Shown: piece by piece, positions 41,991-53,138 of the stretch
Position numbering within the stretch: position 1 is the first letter of the stretch
How the letters are laid out: each line of letters begins with the position of its first letter
Source: an uncultured Candidatus Peribacteria bacterium
GTDB lineage: Bacteria > Patescibacteriota > Gracilibacteria > Absconditabacterales > Absconditicoccaceae
Assembly: GCA_964424095.1 (NCBI GenBank)
Contig: CAYRHE010000001.1
Location: 1-53,188 of the forward strand
Reading direction: 5' to 3'
DNA length: 53,188 nucleotides
Notes under the pieces: generated by a model
Databases searched by the model: none
Told to the model about the DNA's origin: nothing
Seen by the model: the letters and a program-made list of their open reading frames with translations, nothing else
Made by a program: the position numbers and the translations under genes

Positions 41991-44618
41991 CTAAGAATTT
42001 GTACCGTAATCTTCAAATGAATTTTTATTGATATATTTTGCTATATCTACAACTACGATAATTGATAAAGATATAATTGCTGTAACCAACCATGTATACC
42101 AAGGCAATCCTGTTGTTTCAAATATTTTTTGCAAAAATGGAATATACATAATTGCAACAGTTGCCAATATTGAAGCAGCACCTGCATAGATCAAAAGTGT
42201 GTTTCTAAATAAACTTGTTTTGAAAAATGAAGAATAAAGAGACCTAAAATTAAAAGCATTACTAACCTCAAACATAATTAATGTAAGCAATGTTGCTGTA
42301 TGTGCAGCTACCAGAGACCAGTTCAAAACATTTAAAGTAATATAATATACAACCAATGCTCATGCGGCCATAAACAATCAGACACCAACCATTAATATCT
42401 TTTTCTTGGTATTGAGAATTTCAGAATTTCTTCTTGCTTTGAGTTTCATAATATATCATGAACCCGCTGTAAATCAAAGCGTAAGTGCTGGCATATTATC
42501 TGTCACCAAGTTCATAAACAAGATTTGAATTGCTACCAAAGGAACCGGCCATCACATCAATACAGCAAAGAATATTGTTGCCAATTCTGCAATATTACAA
42601 GATATTTGGTAAATTACAAATTTTTGAATGTTTTTGAAAATGGTTCTTCACTCCTCTATTGCCGTCACAATAGTTACAAAATTATCGTCTTCGAGAATAA
42701 GATCTGCTGCTTCACGAGAGACATCTGTTCCATTTATTCCCATAGCCACTCAGATATGGGCTTCTTTGAGGGCTGGGGCATCATTTACGCCATCACCCGT
42801 CATTGTTACAATCTCACCCAGCCCTTTAAGGGCTTTTACGATTCTGAGCTTGTGCTCAGGTTTTACCCTAGCAAATATCATTATATCTAGAACCCTTGAT
42901 GTAAGTTCTTTATCTGTCATTTTATCTAAATCATCTCATGTTACAGCATCTCAAACAATTCATACATCTCTTGCTATAGCAATTGCTGTTTCTTTGTTGT
43001 CTCAGGTAATCATTTTTACTTTTATTCATGCATCATAACATTTCTCTATTGCTTCTTTTACACCATCTCTAGGACTATCTTGTAAACCAACAGCACCCAA
43101 AAATACAATATTTTCTTCCAACATCCCAGCTTGATTTTTTTCTATATACTTATATCATAAACAAAGAACTCTATATTTTTTTTCCGTAAGATCTGATATT
43201 TTTTCTTGTATATGATGAATCTCTTTTACTCATAACTCTACAATCTGATTTCATTTTTGTACATGAGTACAATGTTTCAAGAAAAATTCTGGTGCTCATT
43301 TACTATATAATACATTTTTTCATTTTTTTTCTACAACAACACTCATCATTTTCCTTTCAGAATTGAATGGAACTTCTTCAAGCCTTTCAAAATGTACAAT
43401 ATCTTCTACTATATTTGCTTTATGACCCAACACCATCAATGCAATTTCCGTAGGAGTTCATTTAAACTTTCTTCCTTCTTTATGATTGATAATATGAGCA
43501 TTATTACATAAAACGGCTGATTCTAATAATTGATAAAGATGCTTATCATTTCTTGGATCTATTGATTTTTTATCTTCCAAAAATTTTCATTGCATATCAT
43601 AACCAACTCAACTTATCTCAACAACACGATCATAAGTAATCAACTCTTTTGCTGTCATCTCTCATTTTGTAATAGTCCCTGTTTTGTCACTACAAATTAC
43701 AGTTGTTTCTCAAAGAGTTTCTATAATAGACATTCTATTTACAATAGCTTTTTTCTTTGCCATTTTGTATGCTCCTCATGCAAGTGTTGAAATCAATACA
43801 ACAGGAAGTCATTCTGGAAATGCAGAAATCATAAGTGCAATACTTATCAAAACAATTTCTATAATATGTTGAGCTGTCCATGCTTCAAGATTATATAACA
43901 TAATAGCAGCTGAAGCCAAAGAAATCACAATTGCAATTGTTGCCATAAATTTCACCAACTTATTTACTTTATGTTTTAGGGGTAAATCTTTTTCCGCAGC
44001 AGAAATCATTCCTGCAATTTTACCAAATTCTGTATGCATTCATGTTTTCAAAACTTTTGCTACAGCACGACCATTTACAATATATGTTCACATAAAAACA
44101 AGATTTTCTGAATCATAAATTTCTTTAACATGTTTTGTTGCTATTTTGGAAACCTCTTTAGATTCTCATGTAAGAATAGATTCATTGACCATCAAATCCT
44201 TTGCTTCTACAATAACGCAATCAGTAGGAATTTTCTCTCCTGTTTCCAAAAGAACAACATCTCCTGGAACCAATTCTTTTGAACTTACTTGGATTTCTTT
44301 ACCATCCCTAACAACTGTAGAAAAAGATTCTAACATATTTTTCAACGCGTCAACTGCTTTTTCAGCCTTATATTCTTGAAAAAATCAAACAACCACTATA
44401 ACCAAAATCACTCCAATTATCGAATATCCCGTTGTTCATTTTCAAACTGCAAAAGAAAGCAATGCTGCTGCTACCATAAAATAAGCCATAAAATTTCATT
44501 TTACTTGGTCTCGTAAAATTGATCGTAAGCTTCTTTTTTTACTTTCTTTGATTATATTATAACCATAGGTTTCTAATTTTTTTTTGGCTTCGTGATTAGT
44601 AAGTCCAGTGTACTTCAT
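41991..44618 (-). CDS. P-type (type II, Ca2+-transporting-like) cation ATPase
   Basis: ATG 44618, TAG 41991-41993, 875 aa. Tg[11 protein letters not shown], MITg[14 protein letters not shown]. Confidence 0.9.
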
Positions 44619-44644
44619 ATAAATATATTATTAATAATTAAAAC

Positions 44645-44677
44645 AGTATAAGTATAATCAGAATTTGTTTTCGTCAA
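44645..44677 (-). promoter_or_regulatory. Candidate promoter of the P-type ATPase gene
   Basis: Minus strand TTGACG-15-TATACTTATACTGT, sharing the -10 module of the two large ncRNA loci. Confidence 0.4.
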
Positions 44678-44867
44678 AATATATCAAACAAAATCATTAC
44701 GATTTCCCCATATTTTGATAAAAAATATATGTAATTAGTGATTTTTAATAAAAAAATGATTAAAAATTAAAATAAAATTAATTTCTCAAAAAAATTATAA
44801 ATACAAGGCTAATAAAACCAGCTTCAAAAGCTACATATCAAAAAGATAAAAAAAAGTCATCAAAAAT

Positions 44868-44896
44868 TTGACAAATAAAACATTTTCGTGTATACT
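44868..44896 (+). promoter_or_regulatory. Consensus sigma70-type promoter of locus Y
   Basis: TTGACA (44868-44873), 17 nt, TATACT (44891-44896). Confidence 0.6.
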
Positions 44897-44902
44897 TATA
44901 TT

Positions 44903-45526
44903 GTCATCAAAAGATGAAGGGTGTTAAAACCTTATTGTCTGATGGTGTAGGATCTTTATCATAGAACAAATTGACCTCTGTACTGTTTTTGTGTCATTTG
45001 TATATTAATATATTTCTTTTTTGTGCTAGCTAGCTGGTTTGAAAAGGACTTATATTCTTTGATTTCTATTCTCTCCTTTTGGTTTGATTGTGTTGATCTT
45101 TAGATTTACCTTTGGTTTGTCTTTGGATTAATATATTCTGATCTTTTGGTTTGTTTGGATTATCATTTATACTTTTTGATACTTTGTATGTTTAAACTAG
45201 TTTTGGATATACAAGCTGTTTAGGACTTCTGTCCTCTTACAAATACTGTATTTCTTTGCAAAAAGAGATATCAGGCACAAAATTAAAGATTAAACCGCCT
45301 GCTTTGTAAAATATATTGTTGGATAAAACCTGCTTTATATTATAGTAAAAATAGCACTCGATCAATATAGGACTTGTGCATTCTTTGTTTTGTTTTATTG
45401 TGCTTGATTTAACTTACCTTTGGTATTTTATATCTTGTATAGTATTACATTGGTTTATCATCACCTGTCCTTGTTCTTTTGATAAGATTCAAAAGGACCT
45501 TGGAAGATTCTTCTAAGGTTTTTTTC
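44903..45526 (+). ncRNA. Large candidate non-coding RNA, locus Y
   Basis: About 620 nt between a consensus promoter and a 10-bp-stem terminator. No ORF longer than 16 codons on either strand, even with TGA=Gly. U/G-rich with multiple hairpins. Paralogous to locus X. Confidence 0.55.
45497..45526. terminator. Strong intrinsic terminator shared by locus Y (+) and engB (-)
   Basis: accttggaag-att-cttctaaggt (one G:U pair) followed by TTTTTTT on the plus strand. Confidence 0.7.
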
Positions 45527-46117
45527 TTATTGTAAAATTTTTTCTATTTTATCCAAAAGATTATCTTTCCCCCTACCTTTGATACTAGATGTCATAATAA
45601 AATTTGGTTTATTTCAAAAATATTTTTCGTACATATTTTGCAGCGCTATTGTGTTTTTATATAAATCTTTCTGATTACTTTTATCTGTTTTTGTTATAAT
45701 AATTTCAAAAGGAATTTGATCTTCTTTTAGTACTTTCATAAATTCAAAATCAATTGTTTGTGGCTGTATAGATCAATCAACAAGAACAAAAACGACTTTT
45801 AATGAGGGTCTTTGTGTAAGAAATTCTTGCATGGTATCCATCCAATCTATTCTTTGCTTTTTACTATATTTTGCATATCAATATCCGGGAAGATCAACCA
45901 AGTATCGACTTTTATTTATCAAAAAATAATTCAGCAATTGGGTTTTACCAGGAGTTACAGAAGATTTTGCAAGCTGTTTGCGTTGGGTAAGCATATTTAT
46001 CAATGAAGACTTTCATACGTTGGACCTCCCTACCAACGCAAATTCTGGATATTCTGCTGGAGGACATTCTGATAATTTGGAAGCACTTTTAATAAACTGG
46101 GCTGAGGTTATAATCAT
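45527..46117 (-). CDS. engB: Ribosome-biogenesis GTPase EngB (YsxC/YihA)
   Basis: ATG 46117, TAA 45527-45529, 196 aa. GRSNVgKSSLIN, DLPGYgYA, TKTD. Confidence 0.85.
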
Positions 46118-46169
46118 GGTTTATAATGTTATTATTTCGCGATAAAAAACGAACAAACTAAGTTCTTTC

Positions 46170-46300
46170 ACAATAAAAAATAAATAAAATCCATCTATCA
46201 TCAAAGCTATTGATTTCGACTATCCTATGAGACAAAACTTTTGGATATTAATGATGTTGATTGAGGATTATTTCCTTCTTTTATTTGGGTTTTTTATTGG
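46170..46300. repeat. Long AU-rich hairpin element, copy B
   Basis: acaataaaaaataaataaaatccatctatcatcaaagc ... ttgattgaggattatttccttcttttatttgggttttttattgg. Arms are homologous to copy A. Confidence 0.5.
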
Positions 46301-46379
46301 TCAACTTATAAATTGAATAGTTTGTGAAAAATTACAATAAATTTTACAGATTGTTTTGAATATAACAAGAGATTTTAAT

Positions 46380-47669
46380 CTAATTGTTTATAATTGGAAT
46401 CTCAAAAGAAAATGTAGAACCTTTTCCAAGCTCACTTTGTATTGGCAACATTTTACCTCAAAAAACATTAATAATTTTTAAAACAATAGCCAATCAAAGT
46501 CAAGATCACCTAATGATCGGCTGGCAATCAGATTCTAAAGATTGAAATTCTTGGAAAATTTTTTCATAATTTTCTTTATCTATTCATGATCACGTATCAG
46601 AAACAGAAAAAACAAAACATCCATTATTTTGCTCTGCAGAAATAGAAATGGTTCATGTATCCGTAAACTTTATAGCATTCGATATAAGATTTGTAAAAAT
46701 TCTTTCCAATAATTTTTCATCACTTTCAAATATTTTGGGGAAAGATATTAAATCATTATTCAAAACAAAATTTATATCTTTTTCTTTCTTTCATTCTTTT
46801 TTTGATAATTCATTAATATGGGTTAAATACCCATGTTGTTGATTTAGTATTTTATCAAAAAAATCTTTTGTAGCTATTTTATTTATTTTAGATTTTGTAA
46901 CTCATTTTTTCAAAGCTCAAAATTCATTAAGATCTTCTACAAATGCATATACTCTATCTGATGACTGTTTAACAATATCAAGGAAAAAAATAATTTTTTC
47001 AAAATCATCTTTAGTAAAATTCTTTGATTCATACACATCTGTAATATATTGTTTCATAATTTCTCAAAATCAATTTATAGCATTGACTGGATTCTTTATG
47101 TCATGAATAACATAACTCATAAACTGATTTAATTGATCATTTACATTTTGCAATTGTATATTTGCATTTTCCAATTCTCTTTTTGCCATTTCAAGCTGTT
47201 TGTTTTTTTCGTTTAGTTCATCATTTATAGCTAATAATTCTTCATTTGTAGTTTTGATTTCTTCATTGGCTTTTTCTACTTCTTCTTTGGCTAAAAACAA
47301 TTCAGTTATATCTTTACCAATTCATGCAATAGCGGGATTTCACATCCAAGTAATAGGCTCTCTTGTTACAGAAAAAATGCGCTCTTCTCAGTTCGCTACT
47401 TTTTCTTTCTGTATTGAAATAACATCTCATTTTTGTGTTTCTCGAATATTTTTATAATCCATGAGGATTTTCTTTATATGTTCTTGTGATCTATGAGGAA
47501 AAATTTCATTCAGATCTTTTCAGACTGGATCAAATCCCAATATACTTGCCAAGTGACTGTTTGTATAAGCACAAATTCATTCTAAATCATAAACAAATAC
47601 ATTATCTTGTGTTTTTTTTAATATTTGAGACATTCATTCTACACATATATCATCTTTATTATATTTCAT
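46380..47669 (-). CDS. PAS-domain sensor histidine kinase (no adjacent response regulator)
   Basis: ATG 47669, TAG 46380-46382, 429 aa. H-box SYVIHDIKNP, N-box NLISNAIKFT, DTgSgI, gSgLgL. Coiled-coil linker. Confidence 0.85.
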
Positions 47670-47749
47670 AATTTCAATATCATATATAAATATCAAGATG
47701 TGTTTTAATTATATATTTTCAAAAGTCAATATCGTTTTTAAAAAAATAA

Positions 47750-47845
47750 AAAAACAGACTATAATAACCATAGTCTGCTTGACGATAAATAATGTATTAG
47801 TACATAATTCCTCTATAAGATATAAATATCTGTTACATATGTAAC
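47750..47845 (-). ncRNA. Candidate ~95-nt sRNA or terminated leader upstream of the histidine kinase gene
   Basis: Lies between promoter 47852-47879 and hairpin cagactat-ggttatt-atagtctg (47755-47777) plus U-run. Contains the palindromes gttacatatgtaac and agatat-tt-atatct. Confidence 0.35.
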
Positions 47846-47851
47846 GCATAT

Positions 47852-47879
47852 ATTATAATCAGATTTTTTATTTTGTCAA
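47852..47879 (-). promoter_or_regulatory. Consensus promoter (TTGACA-16-TATAAT)
   Basis: Minus strand TTGACA 47879-47874, TATAAT 47857-47852. A 14-bp perfect palindrome (47832-47845) lies just downstream. Confidence 0.55.
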
Positions 47880-47894
47880 ATTTTTGAAAAACAA

Positions 47895-49658
47895 TTATCA
47901 AGCTCTTTCTATTAACTCAAACCACCTACCTTCTTTTATCTCTAATTGTTTAAGAAGCTGATTTAATTCTATTCAAAATTTTTTGATATCATCAAAGGGA
48001 CAATTGGGGTCATTGAAATAATTCTGGATTTGATCTTTTCTTTTTTCCATTTCTTGGATGTCTTTGCTCAATTGATCAAGTTCACGTTGCTCCATATATG
48101 AAAGCTTCTTTGGTTTATCAGGAAGTTCTTTGAGATTATTAGGAGACGTGATAAATCACGTCTTTACGGTTTTTTTTTCTTTTTTTCCTTTTTTGAGTTT
48201 TTGGTCTTGGGCGGATTTGTACTGAGAATAGGTTCATCGGAAGTCATCGATTACGCCCTCGCCTTCGAAAACGAATAAGTGATCCACAATTTTGTCCATA
48301 AAAAATCTATCATGAGAAACAACTATCAAACAGCCTTTGTAATTGGAAAGAAAATCTTCCAAAACCCCCAAAGTTATCAAATCCAAATCGTTGGTTGGTT
48401 CATCCAGAATTAAAAAATTTGGATTTTTTTGTAATATAGTAAGTAAATAAAGCCTTCTTTTTTCTCCACCGCTTAAGTTATGAGCAAATTGATGTTGTTG
48501 TTTGGGAAAAAAGAGAAATTTTTCGAGCAATTTTGGGTCAGGAACAATATCGATAAGCCTTTTGTCTGACGGAAAATCAATATGCTTTTGTTCATAATAA
48601 CCAAAAACCACAGACTCCCCTGTTTGGATAAGTCATTTATCAAGTGGCTCTTGCCCCATAATCATATTGATAAACGTTGATTTTCCGACTCCGTTTTTGC
48701 CAATAATTCCTATACGTTCACCATGTCTGCATTCGTGAGAAAAATCATTGACGATTTTTTTGGTACCGAAGGCTTTTTGCATATTTTTGATATGCAAGAT
48801 TTTGCCTCATAAGCGCCTTTCCTGGACATCGAGTTCTAGTTTTGCACTTTCAGAAAAAAGAATATCTCTTTTGGTATCAAATTTTTCTTCTATAGCATAA
48901 AATCTTTTTTCTCTAAAAGTAGCTTTGGCTTGTCTTCCTTGCGGAGCTCTACGAATCCGAGCAAGCTCTTTTTTGAAAAACTGGTGAAGTTTGTGCATTT
49001 CTATTTTTTCGTTTTCTTCGCGGATAGCTTTTTTCTCCAAAAAATAGGAATAATTTCCTGTATATTGATGGATTTTTCCTCTTTCCAACTCCCAGATATC
49101 GGTACATACTCTTTCCAAAAAATATCTATCATGGGTTACCATAAACAAGGTAATATGGTGTTTTTTGAGATATCGTTCTAACCATTCTATCATATCGAGA
49201 TCAAGATGATTTGTTGGCTCATCTAGTACCAACATTGAAGGATTTCCCGCCAAAACTTTCGCCAACATTACACGTTTCGCCTCCCCTCATGACAAAGTAT
49301 CCATAGTCTGATTGAGACATGGTTTGATTCTAAGTTTATCTATACTTATATTGAGTTCAATTTCTTGTTCTCGATTAGCATTTGTATCAAAATCAAAAAG
49401 AAAATCACGAACCGTTACGTGTTTATCGAGTTTATACTCTTGAGATAAATATCAGATTTTTATATCTTTTCTTCGGTCTATTTCCCCATCCGTCAGATCG
49501 ATTTCCTTCATTAATAATTTGAGCAAGGTTGTTTTTCCTGCTCCATTTTTGGCAATCAAAGCAATTTTCTGATTTTTGGTAATCGTAAAATCTACATGAT
49601 CCACGAGTATTTTGTCGGTATATGATTTGGTAAGATTGGTTACTTTGAGGTATTGCAT
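47895..49658 (-). CDS. ABC-F family ATPase (Uup-like, with C-terminal coiled-coil)
   Basis: ATG 49658, TAA 47895-47897, 587 aa. Joins track ORFs 49452-49658, 48807-49268 and 48234-48611 in one frame. NGAGKTT, LSggEAKR, LDEPTNHLD. Confidence 0.85.
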
Positions 49659-49669
49659 AGATTTTTAAA

Positions 49670-51028
49670 TTAATTAAAGTCTGAATAATTTTCTGCATAA
49701 TATTCACTTTTGGCTTGATCATAAACGGATTTGGCTCTTTTGGTAGCTAGCCTATGATCGACGATTGGTTGTATGTATTTTAATGAATATGTGAGTGGGT
49801 CGTGCAACTGTTCTGCTGGAATATTTTTGAGTTCTGGTAAATATTTTTTGATATATTTGGCGTCAGGATCAAATCTTTGGGCTTGAAGGATTGGACTAAA
49901 GATTCTCAGTGGTCTTGGGTCTGCGCCAACTGAAGCTGATCGTTGTCGGTTTCCGATATTGACGATTTGATCGTAATCGAGAAGATATTGCTTGAAAAAC
50001 TGTTCCCCTCGGGTTCGGTCAATCAGTAAATCTTTGGTGAGGAACGATGCGACGATCATTCTGGCGCGGCCATGCATTCGGTTTTCTGTTTTGAGTTGTT
50101 TTATCGCAGCATCTATAATTGGATATCAGGTTTTTCCTTGGCAAAAAGCTTGGAAGAGTTTGGTGTCGTTGTCTCGTGGGATTCCTCTTCTTTTTGCCTG
50201 GAAGGATTGGACAAGACTTTCTGGGAAATGATAAGAAAGTTGATATCGGAATTCTCTTCGCGCCAGTTCTTTGAGAAAGGTTTGGTTGTTTGCTTGGTGT
50301 GCCAGGTGATAGAGCTGGCGGGAGGAAATAACGCCGAATCTAAGATATGGTGAAATTTTACTGGTCCCGCCAGCTCCTAGCATATTTCTCTTTTCATCGT
50401 AACTTTTGAAATCAAACTTTTTGAGAATTTTGGATGGATCTTGAAATTTTCGATAAGAATTAGAAGATGGAAGTTGGTCGAGTGATTTTTGAGTTAGTTG
50501 AGAGATGTCAAGACTTGGGAAAAGGATGGCGACGGAGTCGCGGGGTAACTGATAGGTGTCTGAGTTTGCGACCTTTTCCCAAGCTTTGGAATAGGGAGAA
50601 AAGAGTTGATACGGCTTCAAAACTTCTGGCGCTACAAGTAAGTAATCATTTTCCACGTGCATTTGCACGCCCATATCTCTGAGCGCCAGACGCACTCTCA
50701 AATCTCTCCCTAACCCATAAATATCATAAGCTTTGTTGACATAAATTTGTTCGATAGAATACTCACGTACAAGAGAAGGGATGAGATCTTCTGGATCGCC
50801 AACCAAAACCAATAAATTCAGATTGATTTTTTGTAATTGCTTTTGTAAATCAATAAGCGCATCTTTGATAAAACCAATTCTTGAATCCCTTAATCATTCA
50901 AATTCTTTGAGCAATTTTGTATCTACAATAAAAACAGGCAAAATCTGGCTACTGTTTTTTAACGCAGCTGTCAATCCATGATTATCTTGTATTCTTAGAT
51001 CTTGTCTAAATCGAAATAATGTCTTCAT
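49670..51028 (-). CDS. phr: Deoxyribodipyrimidine photolyase / cryptochrome family protein
   Basis: ATG 51028, TAA 49670-49672, 452 aa. TSKISPYLRFG, gYPIIDAAIKQL...RMHGRARMIVASFLTKDL, GNRQRSASVGADPRP. Only two TGA codons. Confidence 0.85.
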
Positions 51029-51211
51029 CTTTTAAAAGATAGTTTAAAAGTTTTTTAAACTTAAGTATAAGGTCGTATTTTGCAAATTATTTTTACAAAA
51101 ATGTCTTGATTTTTACTATCAAATCTTTAACAATTTCTCGCGAAACTATTTACAAATCCTTTGTTTAGTGCAAGATTTGAAAAAGGATTTTTTATTTTGA
51201 ATCAGATATTG

Positions 51212-52093
51212 ATGTCTACCGAACCAATCTTATGATTCTTCAAAACTATATGAACATACCTAGATAAAATATTTTCTTTTGTTGCTATTTCTTGGTGGAC
51301 AGAAATTTCTACTATGACACCTCTTATGCGTTGAGTTTTATTGCAAATAGCTATAATTGTTATCGTCGTCTTAGCTATTAAATTTTTTCGTAAATCAAAA
51401 TTTGGAATCTGATTTTCTTTGATTTTCGAATATATGTACGAATTTTTCGAAGAAATTCTTGGAAAGACACAAAAAGAAGTTTATAAGGTGTATGTAGTTA
51501 GTTTGTTTTTTGTCGTTTTGTTATCAAACTTATTAAGCTATATTCTAGATCTGGTTAGAGTTATGTTTACTGATATAGAAGCGCTTCCAGAGTTTATTGT
51601 TATTCCAACAACAAACTTTAATTTTAATCTTGCACTAGCATTGGTTAGTATTATTATTATGCTTTATGTCCAATTTCGCCGTGCTGGATTTATTAAATTT
51701 GTTCTTGAGTATATACCTATTACTGGAAAATGAATTTTGGATATAGATAGATGAAATATGAAAGCTTTCATATACTACCCTATCAAAATAGTTGTTAAAG
51801 CATTTGATATAGCTATCTCTTTATTTGTTTGATTGCTCGATATTGTTGGAATTGCTGCGAAAGTAGTTTCACTTACCGCAAGATTGTATTGAAATATGCT
51901 TGCTTGAGGTATTTTGCTTTGACTTTTAGTTACTGGGATTAATTCAATCTTTCAAAATGTTTTTGCTGCAGACTTTCCTATTTTGGGACCACTTATATTG
52001 TATGCACAATGACTTTTGGTAGCATTAATTCAAGCATTTGTATTTCCGTTATTGGTTGCTATATTTATCAAAATAGCACAAGAATCTGAATAA
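51212..52093 (+). CDS. atpB: F-type ATP synthase subunit a
   Basis: ATG 51212, TAA 52091-52093, 293 aa. SLTARLYgNMLAgg (conserved Arg), LIQAFVF. Confidence 0.88.
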
Positions 52094-52121
52094 TATTTTA
52101 CTTTATTATTGTATAATCATC

Positions 52122-52574
52122 ATGATGGACACAACTTTATTTTTAGGAGCTGGTTTAGCTATTGGTTTGGCTGGACTTTGAGTTGGTATTTGAGAATGAA
52201 TTATTGCAAAGAAATCATTAAAAATTATGGGGATGAATCCAGAACTTAGTTGATCATTTCTAGTTCTTACAATCCTAGGTATCGCTTTGACAGAATCAGC
52301 TGCGATATATGGACTTATTATTGCATTACAAATTATGTGATTAGATCCTGCTACAGTTAGTTCTTGAGCAGTAATTGCTGCTGGTTTAGCGGTAGGTGCT
52401 GCTTGATTTGGTGCTTGAGTTTGAGAAGGACTTCTTGTTTCTGGTGCTATGGAAGCAATTCTTAGAAACCCTGAAATGAAAGGTAAAATTATGACATATA
52501 TGATCCTTTTCCTTGCATTAGTTGAATCTAGTGCGATATATGGATTAGTTGTTGCCTTGTCATTACTTGGATAA
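52122..52574 (+). CDS. atpE: F-type ATP synthase subunit c, tandemly duplicated (two hairpins, 150 aa)
   Basis: ATG 52122, TAA 52572-52574. Each half has a Gly-rich helix, an RNPE/NPEL loop and an ion-binding Glu (ALTESAAIYGL and ALVESSAIYGL). Confidence 0.85.
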
Positions 52575-52651
52575 TAACTTCTCTTATACGCTTCGGCTCA
52601 CGCTCAACGTGATAAAGAGAAAAAAGTAAAATTTACTACTTAATATATATT

Positions 52652-53122
52652 ATGGAAATTAGTTTTTCTTCGCTAATAGCACAAATAATAAATTTTGGAA
52701 TAATGTTTTTCTTATTTTCTAGGTTTGTTGCAAAACCTATTTCTAAACAAATAGAAGAAAGAAGACGTCTTATCGAAAAAATCAAAAAAGCCGACGAACT
52801 TTACAAAGAAAAAATTGAAGAAGCTGAGAAAAAAGCAGAAGGTATTATTTCTGATTGATTAATCAAAAAAGAGACTATTATATCCGAATGAGAATCTCTT
52901 GCTTTGAAAAAACAAGTGGAAATTATACAAGAAGCAAATAAAAAAGCGGACAAAATTTTGAATGATGCAAATAATTCAGCGAAAGTATTATCTACAGAGC
53001 TAGAGAAAAATTTTATCGAATCAGTCAAAAAAACATCAAAAGTAGTAGTAAAAAAACTTCTTCAAAAAGATATGGACTTACAAAAAACATATTTGGAAGA
53101 AATTGTAAAAGAAGCTATTTAA
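52652..53122 (+). CDS. atpF: F-type ATP synthase subunit b
   Basis: ATG 52652, TAA 53120-53122, 156 aa. Joins track ORFs 52652-52858 and 52904-53122 through TGA. One N-terminal TM helix followed by a long charged helix. Confidence 0.8.
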
Positions 53123-53138
53123 TTTAAATATCTAAAAA

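Noticed and set aside
42525-43038. Two 121-136-aa plus-strand ORFs, plus others at 43590-44379.
   Set aside because: They are antisense shadows of the 875-aa P-type ATPase gene.
44620-45530. Replication origin (long AT-rich gap with repeated ttggat/ttatcc-like words).
   Set aside because: No good DnaA boxes (TTATNCACA) and no dnaA or dnaN nearby. The repeats are explained by the ncRNA paralog alignment and by the promoter and terminator.
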